Shown: positions 9,666 to 20,727, counted from the stretch's first letter. The stretch: 64,000 bases of DNA from Bacteroidota bacterium (GCA_039800945.1 JBDLPT010000026.1:37120-101119), one strand, 5' to 3'. Notes: generated from the letters alone by a model not told the origin. Translations and numbers: made by a program.

Positions 9666-9985
9666 AACAACTCATTTACTTAGGTTTTTTATTGACGTTA
9701 ACAGGGGCTTGCACGCAAACCAGTGTGCCTGCTGAATATTTAACACCCGATGAATTAAGTGTGCTGGTTGAAGAGGTTTCTGTTTTAGAAGCGCATTATC
9801 AAAGCACTTATGGGGTTCCGGGGCAATACAAGAAGGCCCTTGAACAAGCGGTTGAGCGATCTTTACAGAAGCACAACTGCAGCTTGCTAAAATTCAAACA
9901 GAGCGTTTTTTATTATGCCGCGCATCCAGACCTTCAAAGCGAGCTTAATGAAAAGGTCATGACCCAACTGAGTCGTAAATTATAA
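9662..9985 (+). CDS. small lipoprotein, DUF4296-like
   Basis: Lipobox LTLTGAC. The family assignment and its position after pyrC in flavobacteria are from recollection. ATGA overlap with pyrC. Confidence 0.45.
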   Translation: MKQLIYLGFLLTLTGACTQTSVPAEYLTPDELSVLVEEVSVLEAHYQSTYGVPGQYKKALEQAVERSLQKHNCSLLKFKQSVFYYAAHPDLQSELNEKVMTQLSRKL

Positions 9986-9987
9986 AT

Positions 9988-10809
9988 CTAAAAGCTGTGG
10001 TGACTTGAGCTCACCTTTTGGCCAAAAAATTTAGAGGCTTTTTCATCAAAAACTATTGGCGTTTCTGAAGTAAAAAAGGCAACTTCTCCATTTTTAGTTA
10101 AACGAGTTTCCATCTCTGGATGAGCCACTAAGTAACTAGCCAATTTAGCAGCCACAATTGGCCCTTGCGGAATCACTTGGATATTTGGGCCCACTAAAGC
10201 GCTTAGTTGATCTTGAAGTACAGGATAATGCGTACAGGCCAAAAGGATTGCATCAATATTCGGATTTAACGAAAGCAGTTTCTGCACATCTTCTTCAATA
10301 AATTGCTTGCCGGCAGGGTGTTCGTGTTGGTGATTTTCAATGAGCGGAACCCACATTGGGCAAGCGTGCTGATGAACCTCTATATCTGGGGCAAACTTGG
10401 CTAGTTCTATCGGATATGAATTGGATTGAACAGTTCCTTGTGTGCCTAAAATACCGACATGTTTAGTTTGGGTTAATTCATCTAATACTTCAGTGCTGGG
10501 CCTAATGACACCCAATACACGATTTTCAGGTGAAATTTGAGGTAAATCGTTTTGCTGAATAGTGCGGAGCGCTTTTGCCGAGGCAGTATTGCAAGCAAGA
10601 ATAACGAGCGGGCAACCTTGATCGAACAAAAAGCGAACAGCTTCTAAAGTAAATTCATAGACGACGTCAAAAGACCGATTTCCGTATGGCGCTCTTGCGT
10701 TGTCACCAAAATAGATGAAATCATATTGTGGCAATTGCTTGCGAATGGCAGACAACACGGTTAAACCGCCGTAGCCTGAATCAAAAACACCTATTGGAAC
10801 TCGCTTCAT
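9988..10809 (-). CDS. murI: glutamate racemase
   Basis: FDSGYGGLTV, LACNTAS and ACTHYP motifs. Confidence 0.95.
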   Translation of the reverse strand: MKRVPIGVFDSGYGGLTVLSAIRKQLPQYDFIYFGDNARAPYGNRSFDVVYEFTLEAVRFLFDQGCPLVILACNTASAKALRTIQQNDLPQISPENRVLGVIRPSTEVLDELTQTKHVGILGTQGTVQSNSYPIELAKFAPDIEVHQHACPMWVPLIENHQHEHPAGKQFIEEDVQKLLSLNPNIDAILLACTHYPVLQDQLSALVGPNIQVIPQGPIVAAKLASYLVAHPEMETRLTKNGEVAFFTSETPIVFDEKASKFFGQKVSSSHHSF

Positions 10810-10816
10810 TGTAAAT

Positions 10817-10824
10817 CAAAACTA
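10817..10824 (-). promoter_or_regulatory. candidate sigma-A -7 box TAGTTTTG for murI
   Basis: Exact TAnnTTTG on the minus strand, with 7 nt between the box and the ATG at 10809. Confidence 0.4.
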
Positions 10825-10825
10825 A

Positions 10826-10854
10826 CAAAAAAAGGGCAACCAATGGCTGCCCTT
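10826..10854 (-). terminator. rho-independent terminator after the second skp gene
   Basis: Minus strand reads AAGGGCA-gccattggt-TGCCCTT followed by a T7 run. Confidence 0.7.
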
Positions 10855-10872
10855 TGCTATCAAAAAGAATGC

Positions 10873-11385
10873 TTATTTTTTAGTAGCTGCGGCGTCTAAT
10901 ATCAACAACTCAACAATTACTTCATTGGTGATGTCAACACCGCCTTTAGAATACATAGTAGCAGACACATCGATTACATAATTCAATTTTTTGCGCTCTG
11001 AAACGATTTCGATTGATTTCTGAACTCTATCTAAGATAGGCGCATTCAATTCTTCGCTCATGAGTTGTAGGCCCTCTTCTAAAGAAGTTTGAGTAGCTTC
11101 CAACATTTGTTGTTTTTGCATGAGTTTACTTTCTTGTATCTGACGCTCTACTTCTGACATTTTATCTTTATTTGTCATGTAGATAGAATATGCTTTTTGA
11201 AAATCGGCATCCATTACTTGAAGCTCTTGCATTCCGGCAGCTTTTAATGAATCCAATTTTTTGATCGCTAATTTGCGTGACGGCAAAGTGTCGAGGAGTT
11301 TTTGTGAGTCAACATGTGCAATTTTTGACTGAGCGAAAGTGTTTAATCCTAATACGACAAACAGTCCGAGTAATACATTTTTCAT
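10873..11385 (-). CDS. OmpH/Skp family periplasmic chaperone
   Basis: Signal peptide MKNVLLGLFVVLGLNTFAQ and a coiled-coil Skp-like body. The start is moved to 11385, because the track start at 11487 would overlap the upstream paralog. Confidence 0.8.
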   Translation of the reverse strand: MKNVLLGLFVVLGLNTFAQSKIAHVDSQKLLDTLPSRKLAIKKLDSLKAAGMQELQVMDADFQKAYSIYMTNKDKMSEVERQIQESKLMQKQQMLEATQTSLEEGLQLMSEELNAPILDRVQKSIEIVSERKKLNYVIDVSATMYSKGGVDITNEVIVELLILDAAATKK

Positions 11386-11395
11386 TTTTCTATTT

Positions 11396-11914
11396 TTATT
11401 TTGAGATTCCCATTTCTTCGAGCACTTCATTTGAGATGTCGAATTCTTTTTCTGCATAAAGCAAATTACTTTGATTGGCTTTGTCAAATACGAATGAATA
11501 GCCTTCGCGCTTTGCTACCTTTTTCATGGCAGTAAAAACACGATCTTGAATTGGTTTGATGAGCTCTTGGCGCTTTTGAAAGTAGTCGCCGTTAGAGCCA
11601 AAATGTTGGGTTTGAAGCTCGATGGCTTCTTTTTCTAGTTTTTGGATTTCAGACTTACGCTTCTCTCTTTCTTCTTTTGGAAGCAAGACTTCTTCGCGGT
11701 CATATTTGCTTTTGAGGTCTTTGATAGTAGCGTAGCGGTCTTCGATTTCTTTGGTCCAGCGCTCGGCCATTTTATCTAAACGCTCTTTTGCCTCGGCATA
11801 CTCTGGTACATTTTCTAAAATGTAGTCAGAATCGATGTATGCATAGGTCTGAGCGCTGGCCAATCTTAAAGAAAGAACCATGAGCAGGAGCACTAAATAT
11901 TTAAAATTTTTCAT
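11396..11914 (-). CDS. OmpH/Skp family periplasmic chaperone
   Basis: Signal peptide plus a K/E-rich helical body. It sits directly downstream of bamA. Confidence 0.8.
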   Translation of the reverse strand: MKNFKYLVLLLMVLSLRLASAQTYAYIDSDYILENVPEYAEAKERLDKMAERWTKEIEDRYATIKDLKSKYDREEVLLPKEEREKRKSEIQKLEKEAIELQTQHFGSNGDYFQKRQELIKPIQDRVFTAMKKVAKREGYSFVFDKANQSNLLYAEKEFDISNEVLEEMGISK

Positions 11915-11955
11915 AGACCTGTATGAACGACGAAGTTACCAATTTATTGTGAATG

Positions 11956-14517
11956 CTACAATTCCCCTAAATTCATGCCAATTGTGAAGGTAAGCTTAGG
12001 ATAGTAGCCTTTAGACTTGACACTCTTGTCAGAAGCGGAGCCAAAACCAGATGCCCAAGAATCGAGTTGATCAAAACCAAAACCGTAGTCTAGACCAAGC
12101 ATTCCGAACATTGGCAAGAACACACGAATACCCACACCCGCTGTTCTTTTCACGTTGAACGGATTGAAGTTTTCAAAGTTCGGATAGGTGTTTCCGGCCT
12201 CTAAGAAAGACAATGCATAAAATGTTGCTTGCGGATTGAGTGAAATTGGATAACGCAACTCTAATGTATATTTAGCCACAATTGGGTCTCCTCCACTTGT
12301 GGAAATTTGGTTGTCGTCATAGCCACGAAGCGCAATGATTTCACGGCCTAAGAACTGATTTTGTCCCATACCGGTTAAACCACTACCGCCCATTACAAAA
12401 CGATCAAACGGGTTGATTCCTTTTTGTTTGTTATACGCTCCCATATAAGCAAAGCCAAAACGAGACAACAATACAAGTTTCTTATTTGCTGTCAATGGCG
12501 TATACCACTCACCAGTAAATTTAAACTTGTAATATTCTAGGTATTTGAAACGGTCTTGGGTACTCATGTGGGCATAGTCTTTTTCAGGGCCGAACATTGA
12601 ATACGGAAGGGTTGCCGAGGTAGTAAAGGTAAAATTGGATCCGTTTTGAGGATAAATTGGAGCACTTACTGAACTTCTTTGAAGTACATATTTGAAAGCA
12701 ATGTCATTTGCGTATCCCTTTTGGAAAAGCGGAAAGAATGAGTACTTCTGAACATCGTAATATTTGTAGTAAAGTTCGTACGAGGCGATAAAGTAGTCAT
12801 CTGGCCATTTTTTGCGACGCCCCATTGAAACACCTGCAGCTGTAATTGAAATTCCGCTGTAGTCTGGGTTACTTCTTATTTTTCCGTTTTGAGAAATGGC
12901 TGAGTTTGACAAATAGAAGGTCAAGGAATTTGGTTTTTTACCTCCTAACCACGGTTCAGAAAACGAGAAGTTATAACCTTGATAATACCTACCTGTCGAT
13001 TGTGCTCGAATGGACAAGCGCTGTCCATCGCCACCAGGAAGTGGAGACCACGCCCCTTTTTTGAAAACATTTTTCGTAGAGAAATTATTAAACGAAAGCC
13101 CAAGGGTTCCGATTACTCGGCCAGTTGTGTTTGGTCCTGCTCCACCGTAACCACCTGATAACTCAATCTGATCACTTGATTTTTCGGCAACTACATATTC
13201 GATGTCTACTGTGCCATCTGCAGGGTTTGGTTTTGGGTTTACTTGAAAACCTTGCTCATCGAAAAACCCTAATTGAGCAAGCTCTCTTTGGGTTCTCATG
13301 ATGTCGGCTTTATTGAAAAGGTCGCCTGGTTTGGTACGGATTTCTCTTAGGATTACGTGGTCATTGGTCTTGGTATTGCCACGAATGGTTACATTGCCAA
13401 TATGCGCCTCTTTTCCTTCGATAATACGGATTTGGTGGTTGATTTTATTTCCGTCTACTCCGGTTTCTACTGGTGAAATCTGAAAGAAAAGATAACCTCT
13501 ATCCATGTACAGAGAAGAGATGTCTCGGCCATCGCCGTTTCCGTAAAGACGCTGGTTAAACAAGTCTTTGTTATATAAATCTCCGGGTTTGATGCCCATG
13601 ATGGTGTCTAGAAAGCTAGAGCGGTATTTTGCGTTGCCGATCCATTCAATATTTCCAAAATAGTATTTCTCCCCTTCGTTGATTTCAATGCGAATCTTCA
13701 TGTTCTTTTCGTCAAGCATGAATACGCTGTCTTTTACAATATAAGCGTCTCTTAGGCCTTCGGCGTTAAACTTGGCCATTACCGCTTTTTTATCTGTTGA
13801 GTAGCTGCTTTCTGTATATTTTGAGCGCTTGAAAATACGCAGCGGACTGCGCTGTTTGGTGTCTTTCATGGCGAGTTTCAACTTCCAGAGCGGAATGGAA
13901 GTAACGCCGACAATTTCAATTTCTTTGATGCCGATTTTTATCCCTTTATCTATCTCAATTACAAAAATTTCTGAGTTATTAATGAGGGTGTCTTGTTGAC
14001 GCGCGATATTGACTTTTGCATAGTAAAATCCTTTATCTCGGTAATAGCTTCTGATTTTACTTTTGGTTTCAAAAATGAGGTTCTCGGTAATTGTTTTTCC
14101 AGCATACAATGTGATCTCTTCACGAAGTTTGTCTGCTTCTCTTTTGTTAATACCAACAAATCTGAATTTGGAGAGTTTTGGTCGAGGGCTTAATTCTATT
14201 ACTAAATAGACAACCCCTGCGATTTCCTTTTCTGCATAAATAGCAACATTAGAAAACAATCCTTCTGCCCATAGATTTTGAATGGCTTTATTGACTTGCT
14301 GACTTGGTAAGGTAATTTTTTGACCTTGTCTGAGACCTGCAATTAATTTGATGGCTTGGTGGTCGTAGTTGTCTGCACCAACCACACGAATAGGGCCAAT
14401 TTCAAAAGTTTGTGGATTGGCATAATCAAAGCTCAGCCCTCCCAAAGTATTTGGAGTTTGAGCAAATAAATTTGCACAGAAAAAAATGGATACTAAAATA
14501 GAAAAGACGAATCTCAT
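11956..14517 (-). CDS. bamA: outer membrane protein assembly factor BamA
   Basis: 853 aa. Signal peptide, POTRA repeats and a C-terminal Omp85 barrel ending in ...GMNLGEL. Conserved uppS-bamA-skp context. Confidence 0.9.
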   Translation of the reverse strand: MRFVFSILVSIFFCANLFAQTPNTLGGLSFDYANPQTFEIGPIRVVGADNYDHQAIKLIAGLRQGQKITLPSQQVNKAIQNLWAEGLFSNVAIYAEKEIAGVVYLVIELSPRPKLSKFRFVGINKREADKLREEITLYAGKTITENLIFETKSKIRSYYRDKGFYYAKVNIARQQDTLINNSEIFVIEIDKGIKIGIKEIEIVGVTSIPLWKLKLAMKDTKQRSPLRIFKRSKYTESSYSTDKKAVMAKFNAEGLRDAYIVKDSVFMLDEKNMKIRIEINEGEKYYFGNIEWIGNAKYRSSFLDTIMGIKPGDLYNKDLFNQRLYGNGDGRDISSLYMDRGYLFFQISPVETGVDGNKINHQIRIIEGKEAHIGNVTIRGNTKTNDHVILREIRTKPGDLFNKADIMRTQRELAQLGFFDEQGFQVNPKPNPADGTVDIEYVVAEKSSDQIELSGGYGGAGPNTTGRVIGTLGLSFNNFSTKNVFKKGAWSPLPGGDGQRLSIRAQSTGRYYQGYNFSFSEPWLGGKKPNSLTFYLSNSAISQNGKIRSNPDYSGISITAAGVSMGRRKKWPDDYFIASYELYYKYYDVQKYSFFPLFQKGYANDIAFKYVLQRSSVSAPIYPQNGSNFTFTTSATLPYSMFGPEKDYAHMSTQDRFKYLEYYKFKFTGEWYTPLTANKKLVLLSRFGFAYMGAYNKQKGINPFDRFVMGGSGLTGMGQNQFLGREIIALRGYDDNQISTSGGDPIVAKYTLELRYPISLNPQATFYALSFLEAGNTYPNFENFNPFNVKRTAGVGIRVFLPMFGMLGLDYGFGFDQLDSWASGFGSASDKSVKSKGYYPKLTFTIGMNLGEL

Positions 14518-15329
14518 TAAGCTTTTTGTATTTGTTCTGATACCATTCCGAACCTTCTTTCTCGCTTCTGATAAGCAGCAATTGCATCAATCAAAGCTTC
14601 TCGGCGAAAATCGGGCCAATGAATGTCAGTAAAGTATAGTTCTGTATAAGACAATTGCCAAAGCAAAAAGTTACTGATGCGACACTCACCGCTTGTTCTG
14701 ATCAATAATTCTGGGTCTGGGATGTCTTTGGTTTGTAAGAATTGTGCAAAATCTTGCTCTTGAATTTGACCGAGGCTTTTCGAGCCATCTTGAACCAATT
14801 CAATGAGTTTTTTAGCTGCTTCCAATATTTCTTGTCTGGCTGAATAATTAAGCGCTAAAACTAGTGTAAGATTTTGATTGTCTTTGGTGCGCTCCATGGC
14901 TGCCATTAATGAATCATAGCAATTACCAGGCAGGCCCTTGATGTCGCCAATTGTAAGTAAACGCACGCCGTTTTGATGCATTTCGTCTACTTCATTGGTA
15001 ATGGCTTCTACCAATAAATTCATAAGGCCTTCTACTTCTTCACTTGGTCTGGACCAGTTTTCGGTAGAAAAGGCATACATGGTCACGTATGAAATACCAA
15101 TTTCGCGAGCCGCTTTAATGATTTCTTTAACAGACTCAACTCCGGCAGCGTGACCAAAGAGTCTGTGCTGACCTTGGTTTTTTGCCCAGCGGCCATTACC
15201 ATCCATGATAAAGGCTACATGTTGAGGGATGTTGTTTAAATCTATTCTGTCTTTATAATTCATTGGGCCTAACGAAAATACGCATTCTTTTCGGAGAACA
15301 TCATAAAAAAAGGGAGTGGTTTGAGCCAT
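14517..15329 (-). CDS. uppS: isoprenyl transferase (undecaprenyl-diphosphate synthase)
   Basis: FIMDGNGRWA and FSTENWSRP motifs. TAATG overlap with bamA. An alternative start lies at 15263. Confidence 0.9.
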   Translation of the reverse strand: MAQTTPFFYDVLRKECVFSLGPMNYKDRIDLNNIPQHVAFIMDGNGRWAKNQGQHRLFGHAAGVESVKEIIKAAREIGISYVTMYAFSTENWSRPSEEVEGLMNLLVEAITNEVDEMHQNGVRLLTIGDIKGLPGNCYDSLMAAMERTKDNQNLTLVLALNYSARQEILEAAKKLIELVQDGSKSLGQIQEQDFAQFLQTKDIPDPELLIRTSGECRISNFLLWQLSYTELYFTDIHWPDFRREALIDAIAAYQKRERRFGMVSEQIQKA

Positions 15330-15351
15330 TCCCTTTTACTTTTTGAGTTTG

Positions 15352-15368
15352 TTCGCTTATTCAGCTAA
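15352..15368. promoter_or_regulatory. one-mismatch copy of the TTAGCT-N5-AGCTAA palindrome (TTCGCT-tattc-AGCTAA)
   Basis: Overlaps the atpC stop codon, 23-39 nt upstream of the uppS ATG. Weaker than the three exact copies. Confidence 0.2.
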
Positions 15369-15628
15369 AACAATCAGTTTATTGTTGTTGAGCTCAGCAA
15401 CACCTCCGTTAATTTCAAGGGTTACTTCTTTGCCTGAAACGGCTAAGTTTTGGCTCATTACAGCAGCTTCTCCTTTTAATTCGAAACGCAAAGTTCCTTT
15501 TTTAAGCGAAGAAATAATAGGCGCGTGGTTATTTAGAACTTGGAAGATTCCGTCGAGTCCTGGCAAACTAACGCTATTTGCTTCTCCTTTAAAAAGGTTG
15601 GCTTCAGGTGTGATGATTTCAAGTATCA

Positions 15629-15629
<1 letters not shown>
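15357..15629 (-). CDS. atpC: F0F1 ATP synthase subunit epsilon
   Basis: 90-aa beta-sandwich epsilon subunit immediately after atpD (TAATG overlap). Confidence 0.85.
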
Positions 15630-17170
<1,541 letters not shown>

Positions 17171-17204
17171 TTATTTGATTAGTAACCAAAGAAAGCCAAG
17201 ATTT

Positions 17205-18416
17205 TTATAGCAGTTTGTCGTCTACCTTTGAGAGCAAGAAACGCACGGGGAAAAACGTGAAAACAAAAGACAAAGCGCTGGCAGCGAAAAGGATGCTTAA
17301 AAAATCAGTCAGTTTGAATATTATTGGGAAGGGAACGTTTGCCCCTGGCACGATTAACCAGCCAAAAATCATTTGGGATCCGCAGATGAATAATCCTAAA
17401 ATTAACCCGCATAAAATACCTAAGGCTGACAACAATAATCCCTCAAAAAAGAAGACCTGAAATCTTTGGTTCTTGCTAAATCCAAAAGCTCTTAAAACCT
17501 TAATGTTTTCTCTTTTTTCATGGATCAACATGGTAAGGCTAGCCACTAAATTAAAAGAAGCCAATACAAATACAAAAAGCAGGATCACAAAAACAATTAA
17601 TCTTTCAGATTGGCTCGTTTTAAAAATCAGTTCGTTCTTCTCGTAAATAGTCTGGACCTTAAATTCTGGGCCCACAATAGCACTAAGTTGTTGCTTCGCC
17701 TCTTGTAAATCTTTGCCTTTTTCTAGGTATACCAGCATTGAAGAGCAAGAACCGTCTAATTGTAACAATGATGTTGCACGCTGGTAATCCAGCAATAAAA
17801 CGCTACCGTTCAATTCTTGATTATAATTAAGCGCCCCATCTACAAAGACTTGTTCTAAGTGAAAGGGTGCTTTTCCCAGTCTCATTTTAGCGTTGCGCTT
17901 CGGGGCATAAAGTTGAATGTCGTTTTGGTCTGAGCCTAAACCCAAGTTTAATTTTCCAAAAAGATCCGCACCTAGAAATGCAAAATCTTGAGTTTGGCTA
18001 GCTTCGGATCCTACACCGCTAATGAGGTGTTTTTTCACTTGCGCTTGTTTTAAAAACACCGCATCGACAGCATATAAATTTGCGTTTATCCAGCGCTGTT
18101 TTTTTCGCAAGACAACAAGTTCTTCTATGCTTTTGCTCAGCCCACTAATACCCTCAACCTGTTGAATTTGATTTGCATCAATTTCTCTGAGATAAAAGGT
18201 TTTACGTGTTTGGTGTGTAATAGAAATAGGGGCGTCAAAAGAAGTGTACAACTTTGCAATCATGCCTTCTATGCCGTTGAAGGCCGAAAGTAAAATGACC
18301 ATTGCTGCCGTACAAACCGCAATACCAACAATTGAAATTCTTGAAATAATGGTAATGATCGACCTTTTAGACCGATTGAAAAGGTAGCGCTTCGCTATGT
18401 AAAAAGCTGTTTGAAT
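17205..18416 (-). CDS. FtsX-like ABC transporter permease (LolC/E-like), probable non-canonical ATT start
   Basis: The track ORF starts at Met 18302. The 38 in-frame codons upstream (IQTAFYIAKRYLFNRSKRSIITIISRISIVGIAVCTAA) encode the conserved FIAKRY motif and first TM helix of this family. They contain no ATG, GTG, TTG or CTG back to the rbfA stop. Confidence 0.7.
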   Translation of the reverse strand: MQTAFYIAKRYLFNRSKRSIITIISRISIVGIAVCTAAMVILLSAFNGIEGMIAKLYTSFDAPISITHQTRKTFYLREIDANQIQQVEGISGLSKSIEELVVLRKKQRWINANLYAVDAVFLKQAQVKKHLISGVGSEASQTQDFAFLGADLFGKLNLGLGSDQNDIQLYAPKRNAKMRLGKAPFHLEQVFVDGALNYNQELNGSVLLLDYQRATSLLQLDGSCSSMLVYLEKGKDLQEAKQQLSAIVGPEFKVQTIYEKNELIFKTSQSERLIVFVILLFVFVLASFNLVASLTMLIHEKRENIKVLRAFGFSKNQRFQVFFFEGLLLSALGILCGLILGLFICGSQMIFGWLIVPGANVPFPIIFKLTDFLSILFAASALSFVFTFFPVRFLLSKVDDKLL

Positions 18417-18419
18417 GGC

Positions 18420-18755
18420 TTACTTCTTGAGGAGTTCGTCGATTTTGTTGGCGTAATCTAAAGAGTCGTCTATGTGAAACACCAAATCTGGGATTTTACG
18501 AAGATTCTTCAAGCGCTTGCCAACTTCTAACCTGATTTTTCCGCGGTTTGTTTGAATGCTTTCTAAAACCTCCTTTTTATCTGGGCCCGCAAAAATACTT
18601 AGGTAAATTCTTGCAAGACTTAAATCAGATGTTACACGAACCACAGTTACGGTAACCATTGATCCCAAACAAATGTCGGCGGCCTGACGCTGAAAAAATG
18701 TGGCCAACTCTGCCTGAATGACCGCTTCAATTTTTTGTTGACGAATAGAACTCAT
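18420..18755 (-). CDS. rbfA: ribosome-binding factor A
   Basis: The MSSIRQQKIEAVIQAELA... N-terminus is typical of RbfA. The start is set at 18755. Confidence 0.85.
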   Translation of the reverse strand: MSSIRQQKIEAVIQAELATFFQRQAADICLGSMVTVTVVRVTSDLSLARIYLSIFAGPDKKEVLESIQTNRGKIRLEVGKRLKNLRKIPDLVFHIDDSLDYANKIDELLKK

Positions 18756-18759
18756 AAGA

Positions 18760-18767
18760 CAAAGGTA
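18760..18767 (-). promoter_or_regulatory. candidate sigma-A -7 box TACCTTTG for rbfA
   Basis: Exact TAnnTTTG on the minus strand, only 4 nt from the rbfA ATG. Confidence 0.4.
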
Positions 18768-18806
18768 AGAATACTTGTTGTGCAAGGCCTCATCTAAACA
18801 AAAATG

Positions 18807-18814
18807 TATCTTTG
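18807..18814 (+). promoter_or_regulatory. candidate sigma-A -7 box TATCTTTG for the MsbA-like exporter
   Basis: Exact TAnnTTTG, 5 nt before the ATG at 18820. Confidence 0.4.
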
Positions 18815-18819
18815 TATCA

Positions 18820-20658
18820 ATGTCTTATTATCGCGAAATTTACAAATACACCTTTAAATACAAGGGGCTGGCTTGGGCAACCATTTTGTTCAATCTACTT
18901 TTTGTAATTTTTAATTTACTTTCTCTTGTCTTATTCATCCCGGTATTACAACTTATCTTCAGGAATCCGGATGACATTGTTCCTGCACCCTATCCCAAAC
19001 ATCATGACGGACTAATTGGTTGGTTTCAGTATATCAAAGAATCTTATGCCTATTCTTGGTATGAGCTAATAAAGGAATACCCACAAAGTGCATTGTTAGT
19101 GGTTTGTGTTTCTGTACTCATCGCGTTTGTTCTTAAAAATGTGTTCCGATATGCTGCTGTATGGACACAATCTGAAATTAGAATGGCAGTAGTGAGAGAT
19201 ATTCGTTCTGCCCTTTTTGACAAAGCGCTTTCTTTGCCGTTGGCCTACCACAGCAATGAAAAAAAGGGGGATTTAATGGCCCGAATGAATAGCGATGTCA
19301 ACGAAATCGAGGTTGCGGTAGTGAGTTTGCTCGAGCTCATTTTCAGAGAGCCACTAGCCATTTTGATCAACTTGGGCACATTGATTTTCATGAGTCCAAG
19401 GCTTACCTTAATTGCCTTGCTGTTGTTGCCAATTTCAGCGTTTGTAATTTCAAGAATCGGGAAAAGCCTAAAAAGAACGGCTAAAAAGACCCAAGAACAA
19501 TTAGGGTTTTTATATGCCTCTATGGATGAAAACCTAGGCGGAATAAGAATTATTAAAGCGTTTAACGCCAATAAATTTATATCAAGCTCTTTCAAAGAAA
19601 AAAACGATCAACACCAAAAACTGGCCACTAGAGTTTTTAGAAAGAGAGACTTGTCTCCGTTAGTGAATGAAACTTTAGGGGCTGCTGTTTTATTGGCTTT
19701 GGTGTACTTTGGCGGGAGTCTTATTCTCGATGGCCAACAAATTGGTTTAACCGGAGAAGTGTTCCTCACCTACATTATCGTCTTTTCACAATTTCTTAGA
19801 CCTATTCAAAGTGTGTCCAATAACATGGCCAACATGACCAAAGCTCAGGCATCACAAGATCGCATCAACTCTTTACTTAATGCGCAAGACAATATTATTG
19901 AAGACAAAAATGCCGTCATTAAAACAAGCTTCGAAGATTCCATTGCGTTTAAAAATGTGAGTTTTGGCTATCAAGATCAAAAAGTTTTAACAGACATCAA
20001 CTGGGGTGTTCAAAAAGGCAAGTTGGTTGCTATCGTTGGTGAATCCGGTAGCGGGAAATCAACACTTATGGATCTTTTGCAACGCTTTTATGACCCAACA
20101 AACGGGGCCATAGAAATAGATGGGGTTGATCTTCGCAAGTTGAAAATACATGATCTTAAAGCACTCATCGGGGTGGTTACGCAAGAATCCATTCTTTTTA
20201 ATGTTTCCGCAGCTGAAAACATCGCTTTTGGTGATGACAAACCAGACTTTGAAAGAATTGTTGAAGCAGCAAAAGTTGCCAATGCACACGATTTTATTGC
20301 CGCTTTAGAAAATGGCTACGACTCTCTGCTCGGCGAACGCGGAAACAAACTTTCTGGGGGTCAAAAACAAAGAATTGCTATTGCAAGAGCTGTATATAAA
20401 AACCCTGCTATTCTAATTCTAGACGAAGCCACTTCAGCGCTTGACACCGAATCTGAAAGTTTGGTTCAACAAGCATTAGAGCGCCTTATGAAAGAAAGAA
20501 CCTCTTTGGTAATTGCTCACCGTTTGTCAACAATAAGAAATGCCGACGAAATTATTGTGTTGTCTAAAGGGCAAATTATTGAACGCGGCGTGCATCAAGA
20601 GCTGATCCAATTAAACGGACATTATCAAAGACTCTGTGAACTACAAGGATTGTCATAA
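18820..20658 (+). CDS. ABC exporter, fused permease/ATPase (MsbA-like lipid exporter)
   Basis: Walker A GESGSGKST, signature LSGGQKQR, Walker B ILILDEATS. The start is set at MSYYREIYKY. Confidence 0.85.
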   Translation: MSYYREIYKYTFKYKGLAWATILFNLLFVIFNLLSLVLFIPVLQLIFRNPDDIVPAPYPKHHDGLIGWFQYIKESYAYSWYELIKEYPQSALLVVCVSVLIAFVLKNVFRYAAVWTQSEIRMAVVRDIRSALFDKALSLPLAYHSNEKKGDLMARMNSDVNEIEVAVVSLLELIFREPLAILINLGTLIFMSPRLTLIALLLLPISAFVISRIGKSLKRTAKKTQEQLGFLYASMDENLGGIRIIKAFNANKFISSSFKEKNDQHQKLATRVFRKRDLSPLVNETLGAAVLLALVYFGGSLILDGQQIGLTGEVFLTYIIVFSQFLRPIQSVSNNMANMTKAQASQDRINSLLNAQDNIIEDKNAVIKTSFEDSIAFKNVSFGYQDQKVLTDINWGVQKGKLVAIVGESGSGKSTLMDLLQRFYDPTNGAIEIDGVDLRKLKIHDLKALIGVVTQESILFNVSAAENIAFGDDKPDFERIVEAAKVANAHDFIAALENGYDSLLGERGNKLSGGQKQRIAIARAVYKNPAILILDEATSALDTESESLVQQALERLMKERTSLVIAHRLSTIRNADEIIVLSKGQIIERGVHQELIQLNGHYQRLCELQGLS

Positions 20659-20703
20659 GTTAAATCTATGACCTTCGTTCTTCTTCTAATCTCAATATTT
20701 AAT

Positions 20704-20711
20704 TAACTTTG
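20704..20711 (+). promoter_or_regulatory. candidate sigma-A -7 box TAACTTTG for the desaturase gene
   Basis: Exact TAnnTTTG, 16 nt upstream of the ATG at 20728. Confidence 0.5.
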
Positions 20712-20727
20712 AGTTTTTAATACCTAC

